Assembly: GCA_043228905.1 (NCBI GenBank) | Contig: JBHGNT010000012.1 | Location: 13,082,001 to 13,146,000 of the forward strand | Reading direction: 5' to 3' | DNA: 64,000 nucleotides | Source of the DNA: Azolla caroliniana | Taxonomy: Eukaryota; Plantae; Polypodiophyta | Shown here: positions 23,694-36,283 of the stretch, in pieces | Layout of the letters: each line of letters starts with the position of its first letter | How positions within the stretch are numbered: position 1 is the first letter of the stretch | Position numbers and translations under genes: made by a program | Notes under the pieces: model-generated | Seen by the model: only the letters and a program-made list of their open reading frames with translations | What the model was told of the DNA's origin: nothing | The model's database searches: none

Positions 23694-26066
23694 TTTGTCG
23701 GAACCTCGTTGGGCCGCATACCTTTCCCGTATCAGGACGAAGCTTGACGGTTCTGTCCAGAGGAGTCGAGACGGACTTACAGTCGGCCATCCTGAATTTG
23801 AAGAGCATACTCAGCACGTAATGACGTTGGCTGATCAATATGCCTTCGGGGGTACGGATCACTTCGATCCCGAGGAAGTAATCAAGGTCCCCCAGTTCCT
23901 TCATGTCGAACGATGCCACAAGCTGGAGCTTCACGCGGTCGATTTCACCTAGGTCGGCGCCGGTGATGACCAAGTCATCAACATATAGTAAAATACTAAT
24001 CGGGCCGAGTCGACCTTTCCGAATGAATATGGAAGAGTCCGATTTTGACGTCACGAAGCCCATCCGACGCAGTTGTTGCGTGATCTTCACGTTCCAGGCA
24101 CGCGGGGCTTGCTTCAGTCCGTAAAGGGACTTCTTCAGTCGGCATATTGCCGAGGAGTTCGTTCCAGAGTGAAATCAGGGGGGTTGTAACATGTACACCT
24201 GTTCCTCAAGGTCACCTTGCAGGAACGCATTCCTTACATCCATCTGATGTAGGTGCCACCCCTTGGCTGCAGCTACAGCGAGCAAAACTGGACGGTCGTC
24301 ATTTTCGCGACCGACGCAAATGTCTCATCGTAGTCGATGCCGTGTTTCTGCGCGTAGCCCTTTGCCACTAGCCGAGCCTTGTACCAGTTGACCGAGCCAT
24401 CGGTGTTGTACTTGACCTTGTACAGCCACCTACACCCGATTGGTTTTACCCCTCTTGGTGCGTCAACCAAGTCCCAGGTCTCGTTCTCCGCCAATGCGTG
24501 CATCTCTTCATCCATCGCGGCACGCCAATTCGCGTCTTTACCCGCTTCTACGTAGCTCTCCGGCTCACGCACTTCCGCTACACGGGTCATGTACGCATAA
24601 TGATGCGCCATGTACTTGTTGTATCCAAACCGCAAAACAGGGTTCTTCTAGCGGGTAGATCGCCGTAATCTCGCATTAGCCAATGTCGAGGCCTTCTCAA
24701 TCGACGCGGTCTTCATCTTTAAAGACCCGTCACCGGCTCCCTCGAAGTTGGACTCGCGTCGGTCTGACTCGTTCCTTTCCGTGCCGGAATCCGACACCTT
24801 CTTCTTCCCTTTCTCTCTTCGCGTAAGCTGTCTCCTTGGCTTCCTGCGCGGGGAATGCACGGCAGAGTCTCCACTACTCGCCGACTCTTCATCGGACTGG
24901 TCGTACCGACTCAGTCGTCCAATCGGTCCACTTAAGCGGAGTGAAATCAGATTCTCTTCGCAGGTCTCGATTTCGGGCTCACCCGGAGGCATCTCGGCCT
25001 CGCTGACCTCATCGTCAGAACACGGATTGGAGTCGGGGTTCGGAGTCGGGGGCTGGTACCAGGACGCGGACTCGTCAACCACAACGTCGTGGCTAACACG
25101 CGTTTGTTTGGTGCGAGGGTTATAGCACTTATAACCCTTCTACTGGTTCGAGTAACCGACCAAGATGCATTTCTCGGCCTTTGCGTCCAGCTTCCTCCTT
25201 TTCTCCTTCGGTACATGCACATACGCAATGCTACCGAACACCCTCAAGTGTCGCAAGTTCGGCTTCGTTCCGAAATATAGCTCGTGCGCCGACACTTGGT
25301 CTCCGATCCGGTTCTAGATGTATACTGCGGTCCTTACCGGCTCGGCCTAGTAGAACTTGGGCAAGGTCTTCTCTTCCAGCATTGCCCATGCCGCTTCCAC
25401 AACTGACCGATTCTTCCTCTCGGCCACGCCATTCTGCTCCGGCGTGTATCTACAACTGAATTCGCGGCGAATTCCCATTTGTTGTAGGTAACCGTTGAAT
25501 TGACCGGAAAAGTACTCTTTTCCGCCATCCGACCGCAGGCACTTGATCTTTCGTCTCGTTTCTGTTTCCACGAACCCTTTGAGGTCCCGGAAACAGTCGA
25601 AGACTTCGCTCTTCCTCTCAATGAGGTAGATCCACGTGTGCCGTGTGTGGTCATCAATGAAGGAGACAAAAAGGAAGTCGGTGTTGCTTCCCGAGCTGGC
25701 AGGCTTCATAAATTTGTGCCTTTCGGCCACTAAATTTGGGCAATCCAAATATTACCTGTTTCGATTGCAGATCTTGAAGCCGCTGGTAGTTGACGTGGCC
25801 TATCCGCTTGTGCCACAACTCGATGTCCGACTCGGATTTTTTTTCCTTCGCAGACATTGCGGTGCCGCCGTCAGTGGAGTCGAGGATGAACATCCTGCCG
25901 TCTCTGCGCCCTTGCGCAATCACACGACCTTCTTCCTCAATGAAGCACCCGAGGTGTGTAAACCAAACCTCCATCCCTTGGTCGACGATCTGTCTGACCG
26001 AGACCAAGTTTTTCGTGATTGTCGGAACGTGCAACACGTTCATGAGTTTCCCTTTCTGCCCGACAT
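23694..26066 (-). mobile_element. Copia internal fragment (PR-IN-RT), same family as 10744-16210
   Basis: High similarity to 12385-14808 with small deletions; YVDDL motif. Confidence 0.92.
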
Positions 26067-29000
26067 TGTTACGGGCATGACCATATAATATCCCGTGGTA
26101 AGAATTTACCGTAGTATTCTATACACGTGGATAAGTGTGAGGGTTAAATGAGAGTGTAAAGAAGGGGAGGATTACTTTTAATCCTCGGGATTGAGACAAC
26201 CCATTAGGTCAAGTGTGAACTTGCCTGGGGGCCTTGGGTATCGCTATAAATAAGAGGCCTAGCTACCCTCATTTGATGATCTTTTGACTACATCGAGACT
26301 CTGCTTGTGTGGTGGGTCAACTCTTGTAGCGAGCGCGCCAGCACCAGGTACGACTCGACGCCACGGCGGTGGTATGGGACGCCGATCGAGGCTCGAGTCC
26401 GTCTCGATCCCTTCGCTCGGGGGTGGTCGGGTGGATCGGCACCCTTCTTTCTCTTTCTCCTTTCTATCTTTCATTTCTTTATCCTTATCTTAAGCTTTCT
26501 TTAGTACCTAGATCTATAATATTTGGTATCAGATTTTTGTACTAATGTTTCTTTGTTTTTCATTTGTCTTTTGATTGATGCTGATCGATCGTTGTGCGGT
26601 TGGCCTTGATCCAGACAACGATCAACAAAGAACTTCGGTAACTCTTTCCAGAATTTTTCTTTCTATTCTCTCTTCTCCCATCTAATCATGTGTTTAGTTT
26701 ATATGTAATTTTTTTCCTTAAGTCAATGATGTTGTAGTGGTCTTTAATTGATTATCTAAAACGTTTACATATGTGCATGACGTCAATACCTCGTTTGACA
26801 TATTAATAATATGTGATGAGTGTCGTATGCGTACGAGGTTAATACCTCAATTACGTATTACGTTCACGAACATATGTTACGTTTGCGTATGAGTTTAATA
26901 CCTTGACTTGTTGTAAACGATATGCGTTTGGTCTCGTATGCGTAAGAGGTCAATACCTCCATTGCGTATTACGATGATCTCTTATTTGTGGATGTTTCGT
27001 GTGCATAGAGGTATATACCTCGATTACGTATCTCGATCACATCATTTGTGGCTATTTACTATAACGATATGTTTAATATAGGCATATGTGGTCACATATA
27101 TACGTATTTGATCGTATATATGTGATAAGTAAACATATGTGTATATTCGTTATTACGTGATTATATCGAAAGTTGTCATGGTCGGGAAAACGATGTTGGT
27201 GGCCGTCCTCACATTTTTGTGAGAATGGCGTTGTCACCATCCCTTTTTCAACATTTTTTTTATTGTTGATAACCTCGTTGACGACCTCGATTTCGTTACG
27301 TAAAGAAACGCCAATAGCCAAAATGATGTTGAGTACGTAGGGCTTGACCCACTTCAAGTGAGGTCGCTCCAATGACGCACGTATCCAACATCCCTCCCTC
27401 GTTACATGGATACGATGCCACCATGAGCTCGTTCTTACGAGAGGCATTCGTAATGACGTGACCATGTGATGGCCCACGTGAGCCTACTACGAAACAAGGG
27501 CTCATTTGGCTTGAACATTAGGTTGCACTTTGGCGTATGCCATCGTAATTACGAGACTTGAGGTTAGGTAACGTACCAACATAGTTTTGGTAAATGAGGG
27601 CGAAATAAGGACCCTTGACATATATGTTCTTTTAAAAAAACATATATAATCAATTGCCTCGCATATCTCTTATACGCATCAAACATTAAGCATTCGAGAA
27701 GAGCAATTTACTTGGTTGGGTCAAGTGTTTAATGTATTTGTTCTCGAGGTCTCGAGTTCAAATATGACAAAGACCATACAACATCCTTGATACATATGAC
27801 TATAACACATGTTTAGACTTAAGGTCTAAGTGCACCTCGGGGTCCTCGTAATAGGACTTAAAGAGCCGAAACCACATATGTGGGCACCGAAACATAGTTT
27901 ATTATTAACATTTTTTTCGTGTATAAACTATTCATGACGCGAACATACATGGTTGAGCCTCGGGGAGCCACCATGAAAAAATCGATATAGAGATCAGGGA
28001 AAGACATTTATTTGTCACCCCCATGGTTTTTAAAACACCTTTGTGTTACCATAGTAACCTGATCTTGAATCTCATCTCATACGTCTAGAGGGGTATTGAC
28101 GTGAGATAATGATATCGATTAATGCTCGCCCATGATATGTTTACATCACGACATGATGTTATGAGTATATCTCTTACCTTGTCCTATTTCTTTTCCAGAA
28201 ATAATCTTTAATGGCTCAAATTAACGACCCCATGTCATCCGCTCAAGCGGAAGGAACTCAAGGGAATCCTCCTGGACAAATGTCCACTGAGATGTATTTG
28301 GCACAAATAACCCAATACCTTAGTTTCACCGCTCAACAGATGACCGAACTTCGGCAATCTCAGAGTGCTCTTGAGGCATGTGTCATTAGTCTACAACGTG
28401 AGACTAATAGACCTGATGAGCGACAAGGTGAACCATCATTTGTCGTTAAGCCATTTACGAGAGACAAAAAGGAAAGAACCGAAGAAGCAATCTGCACATG
28501 GCTGGGACGATGGGAGTCTCATTTTGAGCTCTATCCCACGCTAGATAGTACGAAGATTGCATATGTCGGCCGAGAACTCGGGGGTAAGGCCGCCGCCTAG
28601 TGGCGTGGGCTCCGTACAATGGGGAAATTGCCCGATACCTGGACAGATTTTGTCACGGTTTTTAAGGGCCAATTTCTGCCATCTCCCTCTCGAACCGAGG
28701 CCGCACAAGCTTTAATGAACCTGTCTAGCAGGAAATTTTCCTCGCTAGAAGACTATGTTCACCATGCTAGAACCCAAATCCAAAAATCGGGTCTAGAAGG
28801 GGACAATTGATTGATAGCTTTGTTTGTCAATGGCATCCCCAATTTGGACTATCACTGGATAGTGCACGATAAGGATTCAAAATCCTTCGAAGAGGCCGTT
28901 GAAATAGTTCTTCGCTATCAACGCACTTCGAAGAAGGACCATAACAAACTCAACGAAGTGCCCGGGACTAAGCAGTCGCAATTTGTTGGGAAACGCAAGA

Positions 29001-29233
29001 CACCCAACGAATTCCTGGATCGCGATTGTAAGCGACAACATCCTTTTTGTGTATTCTGCAAAAAGAAGGGTCATACAAAAGATCAATGTCGAAAGCTCCA
29101 ACGGAAAGAGCACGACAACAAAGCTAATGTTGCAGACCATAAAGGTCAGATTCCTAATGTCCTTCACGTCTATACACATCATTTAAGTAATTGTCAATGT
29201 TCTTTCCCTCACTATGTATTGGGTCCCAATGAT
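26067..29233 (+). mobile_element. Gypsy family A 5' part: LTR 26067-26521, PBS-Met 26524-26533, ~1.7-kb leader, gag from 28211
   Basis: LTR matches other copies; gag [24 protein letters not shown] with stops. Confidence 0.95.
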
Positions 29234-32204
29234 TGTCAATCCTCTTTTTGACCTCGGGTAAATCTCGAACACAAACCTTGCCATTACGGTAGAGAAAACC
29301 GTTAGCAATGTGGAAGTATTCCTTCGAGGACGTGCTGGTGTCTGTTCCAGACTCAACTCTTGCCCAGTATTTTGCAAAATAACTGTCATCAGGATACTTT
29401 CCTCGAAGGTGATCATAAAGATCTGATGTTATTTCAGTGAAGATAAGCATGTTAACTTCACGGATGTGACGTAGTGCATCAGCGACAGTGTTCATGGAAC
29501 CTTTACGATATCGTATGGAAAAATCAAAGTCCTGGATGAGATCAGCCCATCGTGCCTTACGAACTTTCAGTAAACGGCGTCGTCAATGGGGAGTAATTAC
29601 GAAGAGACTTTCCCAAAAACCCCTCAAAACCAAGGAATGATCGAACTTCTCAAATATTCCGAAGAGTGGGCCAATGCTTGATTTTCTCAATGCGAGAAGG
29701 ATCAATTTCACCTACTCGTTCGGTTATGAGATGTCCAAGATAAGTAATTGATTTCTTGAAGAACTCACATTTTGAGATCTTCGCATAAAACTGTTTGTCA
29801 CGCAATGTTTGTAAAACAAAGCGGACATGTCTAGCATGTTCTTGTAATGTACGGCTATAAACTAAAATATCATCCAAGAAAATAACAACAAATTTTCCAT
29901 CAGGTAGTTCACTTGGAAAAACATCATGAAAATCATTTAAGATTTCATCAAGTTGTTGTTGTTCAAAATATGTTAATTGAACCGGGACATTATTGATATT
30001 GTAAACGTGAATGTCCGGATCAAGTATACACTAAAATAACGTAGAACAAGACAACTCGGATATTGATGGACACGAGGTAACAATCGAGAGGGATTGTGTT
30101 TTTACACATTGAATAAAATGCGTACAATTGTTCAGTACAAAAGAAATGGAATGGCGAACCCAAACAATAAATAAAGAAGAGTTTTTATTATAAAACCAGG
30201 GATAACCCAGTATTACATCGGTGGTACAAAGATTCATTACATGGAAGTCTACTTCCTCTATATAAGTATCAATAGAAATTCCTAATGAATGAATCACCCT
30301 GTTGATGTATTGTACTCTTCCATCAGCCAAGTGGACCGTGTAGGTGTGATCACTTACAGTGGGCTGAATTCCCCATATCTAAACCAAACGATCATTCACA
30401 AAATTGTGTGAGCTTCCCGAATCAAATAAAAATTGTACGGGAGATCCATTGATATACCCGTTTGCACGTAGTAAATCATTGGGACCCAATACATAGTGAG
30501 GGAAACAACATTGACAATAACTTAAATGATGTGTATAGACCTGAAGGACATTAGGAATCTGACCTTTATGGTCTACAGCTTTAGCTTTGTTGTCGTGCTC
30601 TTTCCGTTGGAGCTTTCGACATTGATCTTTTGTATGACCCTTCTTTTTGCAAAATACGCAAAAAGGATGTTGTCGCTTACAATCGCGATCCAGGAATTCG
30701 TTGGGTGTCTTGCGTTTCCCAACAAATTGCGACTGCTTAGTCCGGGGCGCTTCGTTGGGTTTGTTGTGGTCCTTCTTCGAAGTGCGTTTATAGCGAAGAA
30801 CTATTTCAATGGCCTCTTCGAAGGATTTTGGATCCTTATCGTGCACTATCCAGTGATAGTCCGAATTGGGGATGCCATTGACAAAACAAGCTATCAACCA
30901 ATTGTCCCTTTCTAGACCCGATTTTTGGATTTGGGTTCTAGCATGGTGAACATAGTCTTCTAGAGAGGAAAATTTCCTTCTAGAGAGGTTCATTAAAGCT
31001 TGTGCTGCCTCGGTTCCAGAGGGAGGTTGCAGAAATTGGCCCTTAAAAACCGTGACAAAATCTGTCCAGGTACGGAGCCCATGCCACCAGGCGGCGGCCT
31101 TACCCCCGAGTTCCCGGCCGACATATGCAATCTTCGTACTATCTGGCGTGGGATAGAACTCAAAATGAGACTCCCATCGTCCCACTCATGTGCAGATTGC
31201 TTCTTCGGTTCTTTCCTTTTTGTCTCCCGTAAATGGCTTAACGACAAATGATGGTTCACCTTGTCGCTCATCAGGTCTATTAGTCTCACGTTATAGACAA
31301 ATGACACGTGCCTCAAGAGCACTCTGAGATTGCCGAAGTTCGGTCATCTGTTGAACGGTGAAACTAAGGTATTGGGTTATTTGTGCCAAATACATCTTAG
31401 TGGACATTTGTCCAGGAGGTTTCCCTTGAGTTCCTTCCGCTTGAGCGGATGACATCGGGTCGTTAATTTGAGCCATTAAACATCGGGTCGTTAATTTGAG
31501 CCATCGGGTCGTTAATTTGAGCCATTAATTTGAGCCAACCAAGTAAGTTGCTCTTCTTGAATGCTTAATGTTTGATGCGTATAAGTGATATGGGAGGCAA
31601 TTGATCATATATGTTTTTTTTAAAAGAACATATATGTCAAAGGTCCTTATTTCGCCCTCATTTACCAAAACTATGTTGGTACGTTACCTAACCTCAAGTC
31701 TCGTAACTATGTTGGTACGTTACCAAAACTATGTTGGTGCAACCTAATGGTCAAGCCAAATGAGCCCTCGTTTCGTAGTAGGCTCACGCGGGCCATCACA
31801 TGGTCACGTCATTACGAATGCCTCTCATAAGAACGAGCTCATGGTGGCATCGTATCCATGTAATGAGGGAGGGATGTTGGATACGTGCGTCATTGGAGCG
31901 ACCTCACTTGAAGTGGGTCAAGCCCTACGTACTCAACATCATTATGGCTATTGGCGTTTCTTTACGTAACGAAATCGAGGTCATCAACGGGGTTGTCAAC
32001 AATAAAAAACTGTTGAAAAAGGGATGGTGACAACGCCATTCTCACAAAAATGTGAGGACGGCCACCAAAATCCTTTTCCCGACAAGGACAACTTTCGATA
32101 TAATCACGTAATAACGAATATACACATATGTTTACTTATCACATATATACGATCAAATACGTATAAATGTGACCACATATGCCTATATTAAACAAATCGT
32201 TATA
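29234..32204 (-). mobile_element. Gypsy family A internally deleted copy (leader, gag, PR, RT/RH pieces)
   Basis: ORFs 31291-31476, 30379-31185, 29650-29877 (DDILVYS), 29154-29495. Confidence 0.92.
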
Positions 32205-32289
32205 TCCCATGTCTATCGCTATCTCTCCTTTCTATCTTTCATTTCTTTATCCTTATCTTAAGCTTACTTTAGTACCTAGATCTATAATA

Positions 32290-32463
32290 GCATGACCGGA
32301 CGACAAGATGAGGAACAACGTCATCGTTTCAAGGCCGGTGAGGAGCAACAACTTCTAAGCGTGGCAACCTCTCGCCTTCTCCAACAATGTGATCTTCGCC
32401 CACGCGCTTGTATTTGCCACTTTTAAAGAACGTATATAACTTTTTCAACTATACACTTTCTGA
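32290..32463 (+). pseudogene. 3' end of another albumin-like copy
   Basis: MTGRQDEEQRHRFKAGEEQQLLSVATSRLLQQCDLRPRACICHF*, preceded by a family A LTR end. Confidence 0.8.
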
Positions 32464-32563
32464 NNNNNNNNNNNNNNNNNNNNNNNNNNNNNNNNNNNNN
32501 NNNNNNNNNNNNNNNNNNNNNNNNNNNNNNNNNNNNNNNNNNNNNNNNNNNNNNNNNNNNNNN
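32464..32563. other. Assembly gap (100 N)
   Basis: Run of n. Confidence 1.
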
Positions 32564-35500
32564 ACGTATATGATCAATTGCCTCGCATATCTCTTATACG
32601 CATCAAACATTAAGCATTCGAGAAGAGCAACTTACTTGGTTGGCTCAAGTGTTTAATGTATTTGTTCTCGAGGTCTCGAGTTCAAATATGACCAAGACCA
32701 TACAACATCCTTGATACATATGACTATAACACATGTTTAGACTTAAGGTCTAAGTGCGCCTCGGGGTCCTCGTAATAGGACTTAAAGAGCCGAAACCACA
32801 TATGTGGGCACCGAAACATAGTTTATTATTAACATTTTTTTCGTGTATAAACTATTCATGACGCGAACATACATGGTTGAGCCTCGGGGAGCCACCATGA
32901 AAAAATCGATATAGAGATCAGGGAAAGACATTTATTTATCACCGCCATGGTTTCTAAAACACCTTTGTGTTCCCATAGTAACCTGATCTTGAACCTCATC
33001 TCATACGTCTAGAGGGGTATTGACGTGAGATAATGATATCGATTAATGCTCGCCCATGATATGTTTACATCACGACATGATGTTATGACTATATCTCTGA
33101 CCTTATCCTATTTCTTTTCTAGAAATAATCTTTCTTGGCTTACATTAACGACCCGATGTCATCCGCTCAAGCGGAAGGAACTCAAGGGAGTCCTCTTGGA
33201 CAAATGTCCACTAAGATGTATTTGGCACAAATAAGCCAATACCTTAGTTTCACCGCTCAACAGATGACCAAACTTCGGCAATCTCAGAGTGCTCTCTAGG
33301 CACGTGTCATTAGTCTACAACGTGAGACTAATAGACCTGATGAGCGACAAGGTGAACCATCATTTGTCGTTAAGCCATTTACGGGAGACAAAAAGGAAAG
33401 AACCGAAGAAGCAATCTGCACATGGCTGGGACGATGGGAGTCTCATTTTGAGCTCTATCCCACGCCAGATAGTACGAAGATTGCATATGTCGGCCGAGAA
33501 CTCGGGGGTAAGGCCGCCGCTTGGTGGCGTGGCCTCCGTACTATGGGGAAATTGCCCGATACCTGGACAGATTTTGTCACGGTTTTTAAGGGCCAATTTC
33601 TGCAACCTCCCTCTCGGACCGAGGCAGCACAAGCTTTAATGAACCTCTCTAGCAGGAAATTTTCCTCGCTAGAAGAGTATGTTCACCATGCTAGAACCCA
33701 AATCCAGAAATCGGGTCTAGAAGGGGACAATTGGTTGATAGCTTGTTTTGTCAATGGCATCCCCAATTCGGACTATCACTGGATAGTGCACGATAAGGAT
33801 CCAAAATCCTTCGAAGAGGCCGTTGAAATAGTTCTTCGCTATCAACGCACTTCGAGGAAGGACCATAACAAACCCAACGAAGCGCCCGGGACTAAGCAGT
33901 CGCAATTTGTTGGGAAACGCAAGACACCCAACGAATTCCTGGATCGCGATTGTAAGCGACAACATCCTTTTTGTGTATTCTGCAAAAAGAAGGGTCATAC
34001 AAAAGATCAATGTCGAAAGCTCCAACGGAAAGAGCACGACAACAAAGCTAAAGCTGCAGACCATAAAGGTCAGATTCCTAATGTCCTTCAGGTCTATACA
34101 CATCATTTAAGTAATTGTCAATCTTCTTTCCCTCACTATGTATTGGGTCCCAATGATTTATTACGTGCAAACGGGTATATCAATGGATCTCCCGTACAAT
34201 TTTTATTTGATTCGGGAAGCTCACACAATTTTGTGAATGATCGTTTGGTTCAGATATGGGGAATCCAACCCACCGTAAGTGATCACACCTACACGGTGCA
34301 CTTGGTTGATGGAAGAGTACAATACGTCAACGGGGCGATTCATTCATTAGGAATTTCTATTGATACTTATATAGAGGAAGTAGACTTCCATGTAATGAAT
34401 CTTTGTACCACCGATGTAATACTGGGTTATCCCTGGTTTTATAATAAAAACTCTTCTTTATTTATTGATTGGGTTCGTCATTCCATTTCTTTTGTACTGA
34501 ACGATTGTACGCATTTTATTCAATGTGTAAAAAAACAATCGCTCTCGATTGTTTCCTCGTGTCCATCAATATCCGAGTTGTCTTGTTCTACGTTATTTTA
34601 TTGTGTACTTGATCCGGACATTCACGTTTACAATATCGATAACGTCTCGATTCAATTAACATATTTTGAACAACAACAACTTCATGAAATCTTAAATGAT
34701 TTTCATGATGTTTTTCCAAGTGAACTACCTGATGGGTTACCTCCTAAACGTAATATAGACCATCGTATAGATATTGTTCCTGGTGTTGCACCAATAAGTA
34801 TACCTCCGTATCGCTTAAGTCGATCCGAAGAAGATGAGGTATCTAAGCAACTCAAGGACTATTTACGAATGGGTTATATACGTTATAGTAAATCTCCATG
34901 GGGTACACCAGTTCTCTTGGTTAAAAAGAAAGAGGGCACATGGCGTATGTGTATTAATTACCGACGCTTGAATAAAGTGACGATCAAGAATTCGTATCCA
35001 TTGCCCCGGGCTGACGATCTAATTGACCGTCTCCAAGGAGCTCGGTATTTTACGAAACTTCATCTCCGTACTGGCTACCATCAAATACAAATAAGTGAGG
35101 ACGATGTTCCTAAAACGGCATTTCGTACGCGTTATGGCGATTACGAGTTTTTGGTTATGCCTTTTGGTTTGACCAATGCTCCGGCTACTTTTCAACAAGA
35201 AATGAATGACATTTTCCGAGAACAACTTGGAAAATTTGTCGTTATTTTCTTGGATGATATTTTAGTTTATAGCCGTACATTACAAGAACATGCTAGACAT
35301 GTCCGCTTTCTTTTACAAACATTGCGTGACAAACAGTTTTATGCGAAGATCTCAAAATGTGAGTTCTTCAAGAAATCAATTACTTATCTAGGACATCTCA
35401 TAACCGAACGAGGAGTTGAAATTGATCCTTCTCGAATTGAGAAAATCAAGCTTTGGCCCACTCTTCGGAATATTCGAGAAGTTTGATCATTCCTTGGTTT

Positions 35501-36283
35501 TGTGCGGTTTTTGCGAAAGTCTCTTCGTAATTACTCCTAATTGACGACGCCGTTTACTGATCTTTTAAAATGTCAAACGCGTAAGTCTACAAAACCTATT
35601 GTGTGGAATGCCACACTAGACCTTGCCTTTAAGGAACTCAAGGACTTGGTTTGCAAGACTCCTTCACTTCTTTTACCCGATCCTTCAAAACCTTTTGAGG
35701 TTGAAACCGGTGCAAGCGATTATGCTATAGGTGTTGTCTTGTATCAAGATGGTAAACCAATAGCATTCGAGAGTAAGAAACTTGATTCTGCTCAATGTCG
35801 GTATACCGTTGAAGAAAAGGAATTATTTGCAGTTATACATGCGCTCAAAACATGGCGCCATTATCTTTATGGAAATCACTTTGTAGTAACTACGGACCAC
35901 GAGTCCTTCAAATATTTTTGTGACCAACAAGACCTAAAAGGTCGTAAGGCACGATGGGCTGATCTCATCCAGGACTTTGATTTTTCCATACGATATCGTA
36001 AAGGTTCCATGAACAGTGTCACTGATGCACTAAGTCGCATCCGTGAAGTTAACATGCTTAGCTTCACTGCAATATCATTAGATCTTTATGATCACCTTCG
36101 AGGAAAGTATCCTGATGACAGTTATTTCGCAAAATACTGGGCAAGAGTTGAGTCTGGAACAAACACCACCACATCCTCGAAGGAATACTTCCACATTGCT
36201 AACGGTTTGCTCTACCGTAATGGGAAGGTTTGTGTTCCAGATTTACCCGAGGTCAAAAAGAGGATTCTTTTTGAATGCCATGA
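32564..36283 (+). mobile_element. Gypsy family A leader-gag-PR-RT-RH fragment
   Basis: ORF 33543-35486 ([32 protein letters not shown]) and ORF 35541-36314. Confidence 0.95.

Noticed and set aside
26259-27505. Recurrent short ORFs in family A LTR and leader
   Set aside because: They recur only because the repeat recurs; no coding features are recognisable.
27708-27765. tRNA/SINE-like A and B boxes in the family A leader
   Set aside because: Both boxes are imperfect and no cloverleaf is evident.
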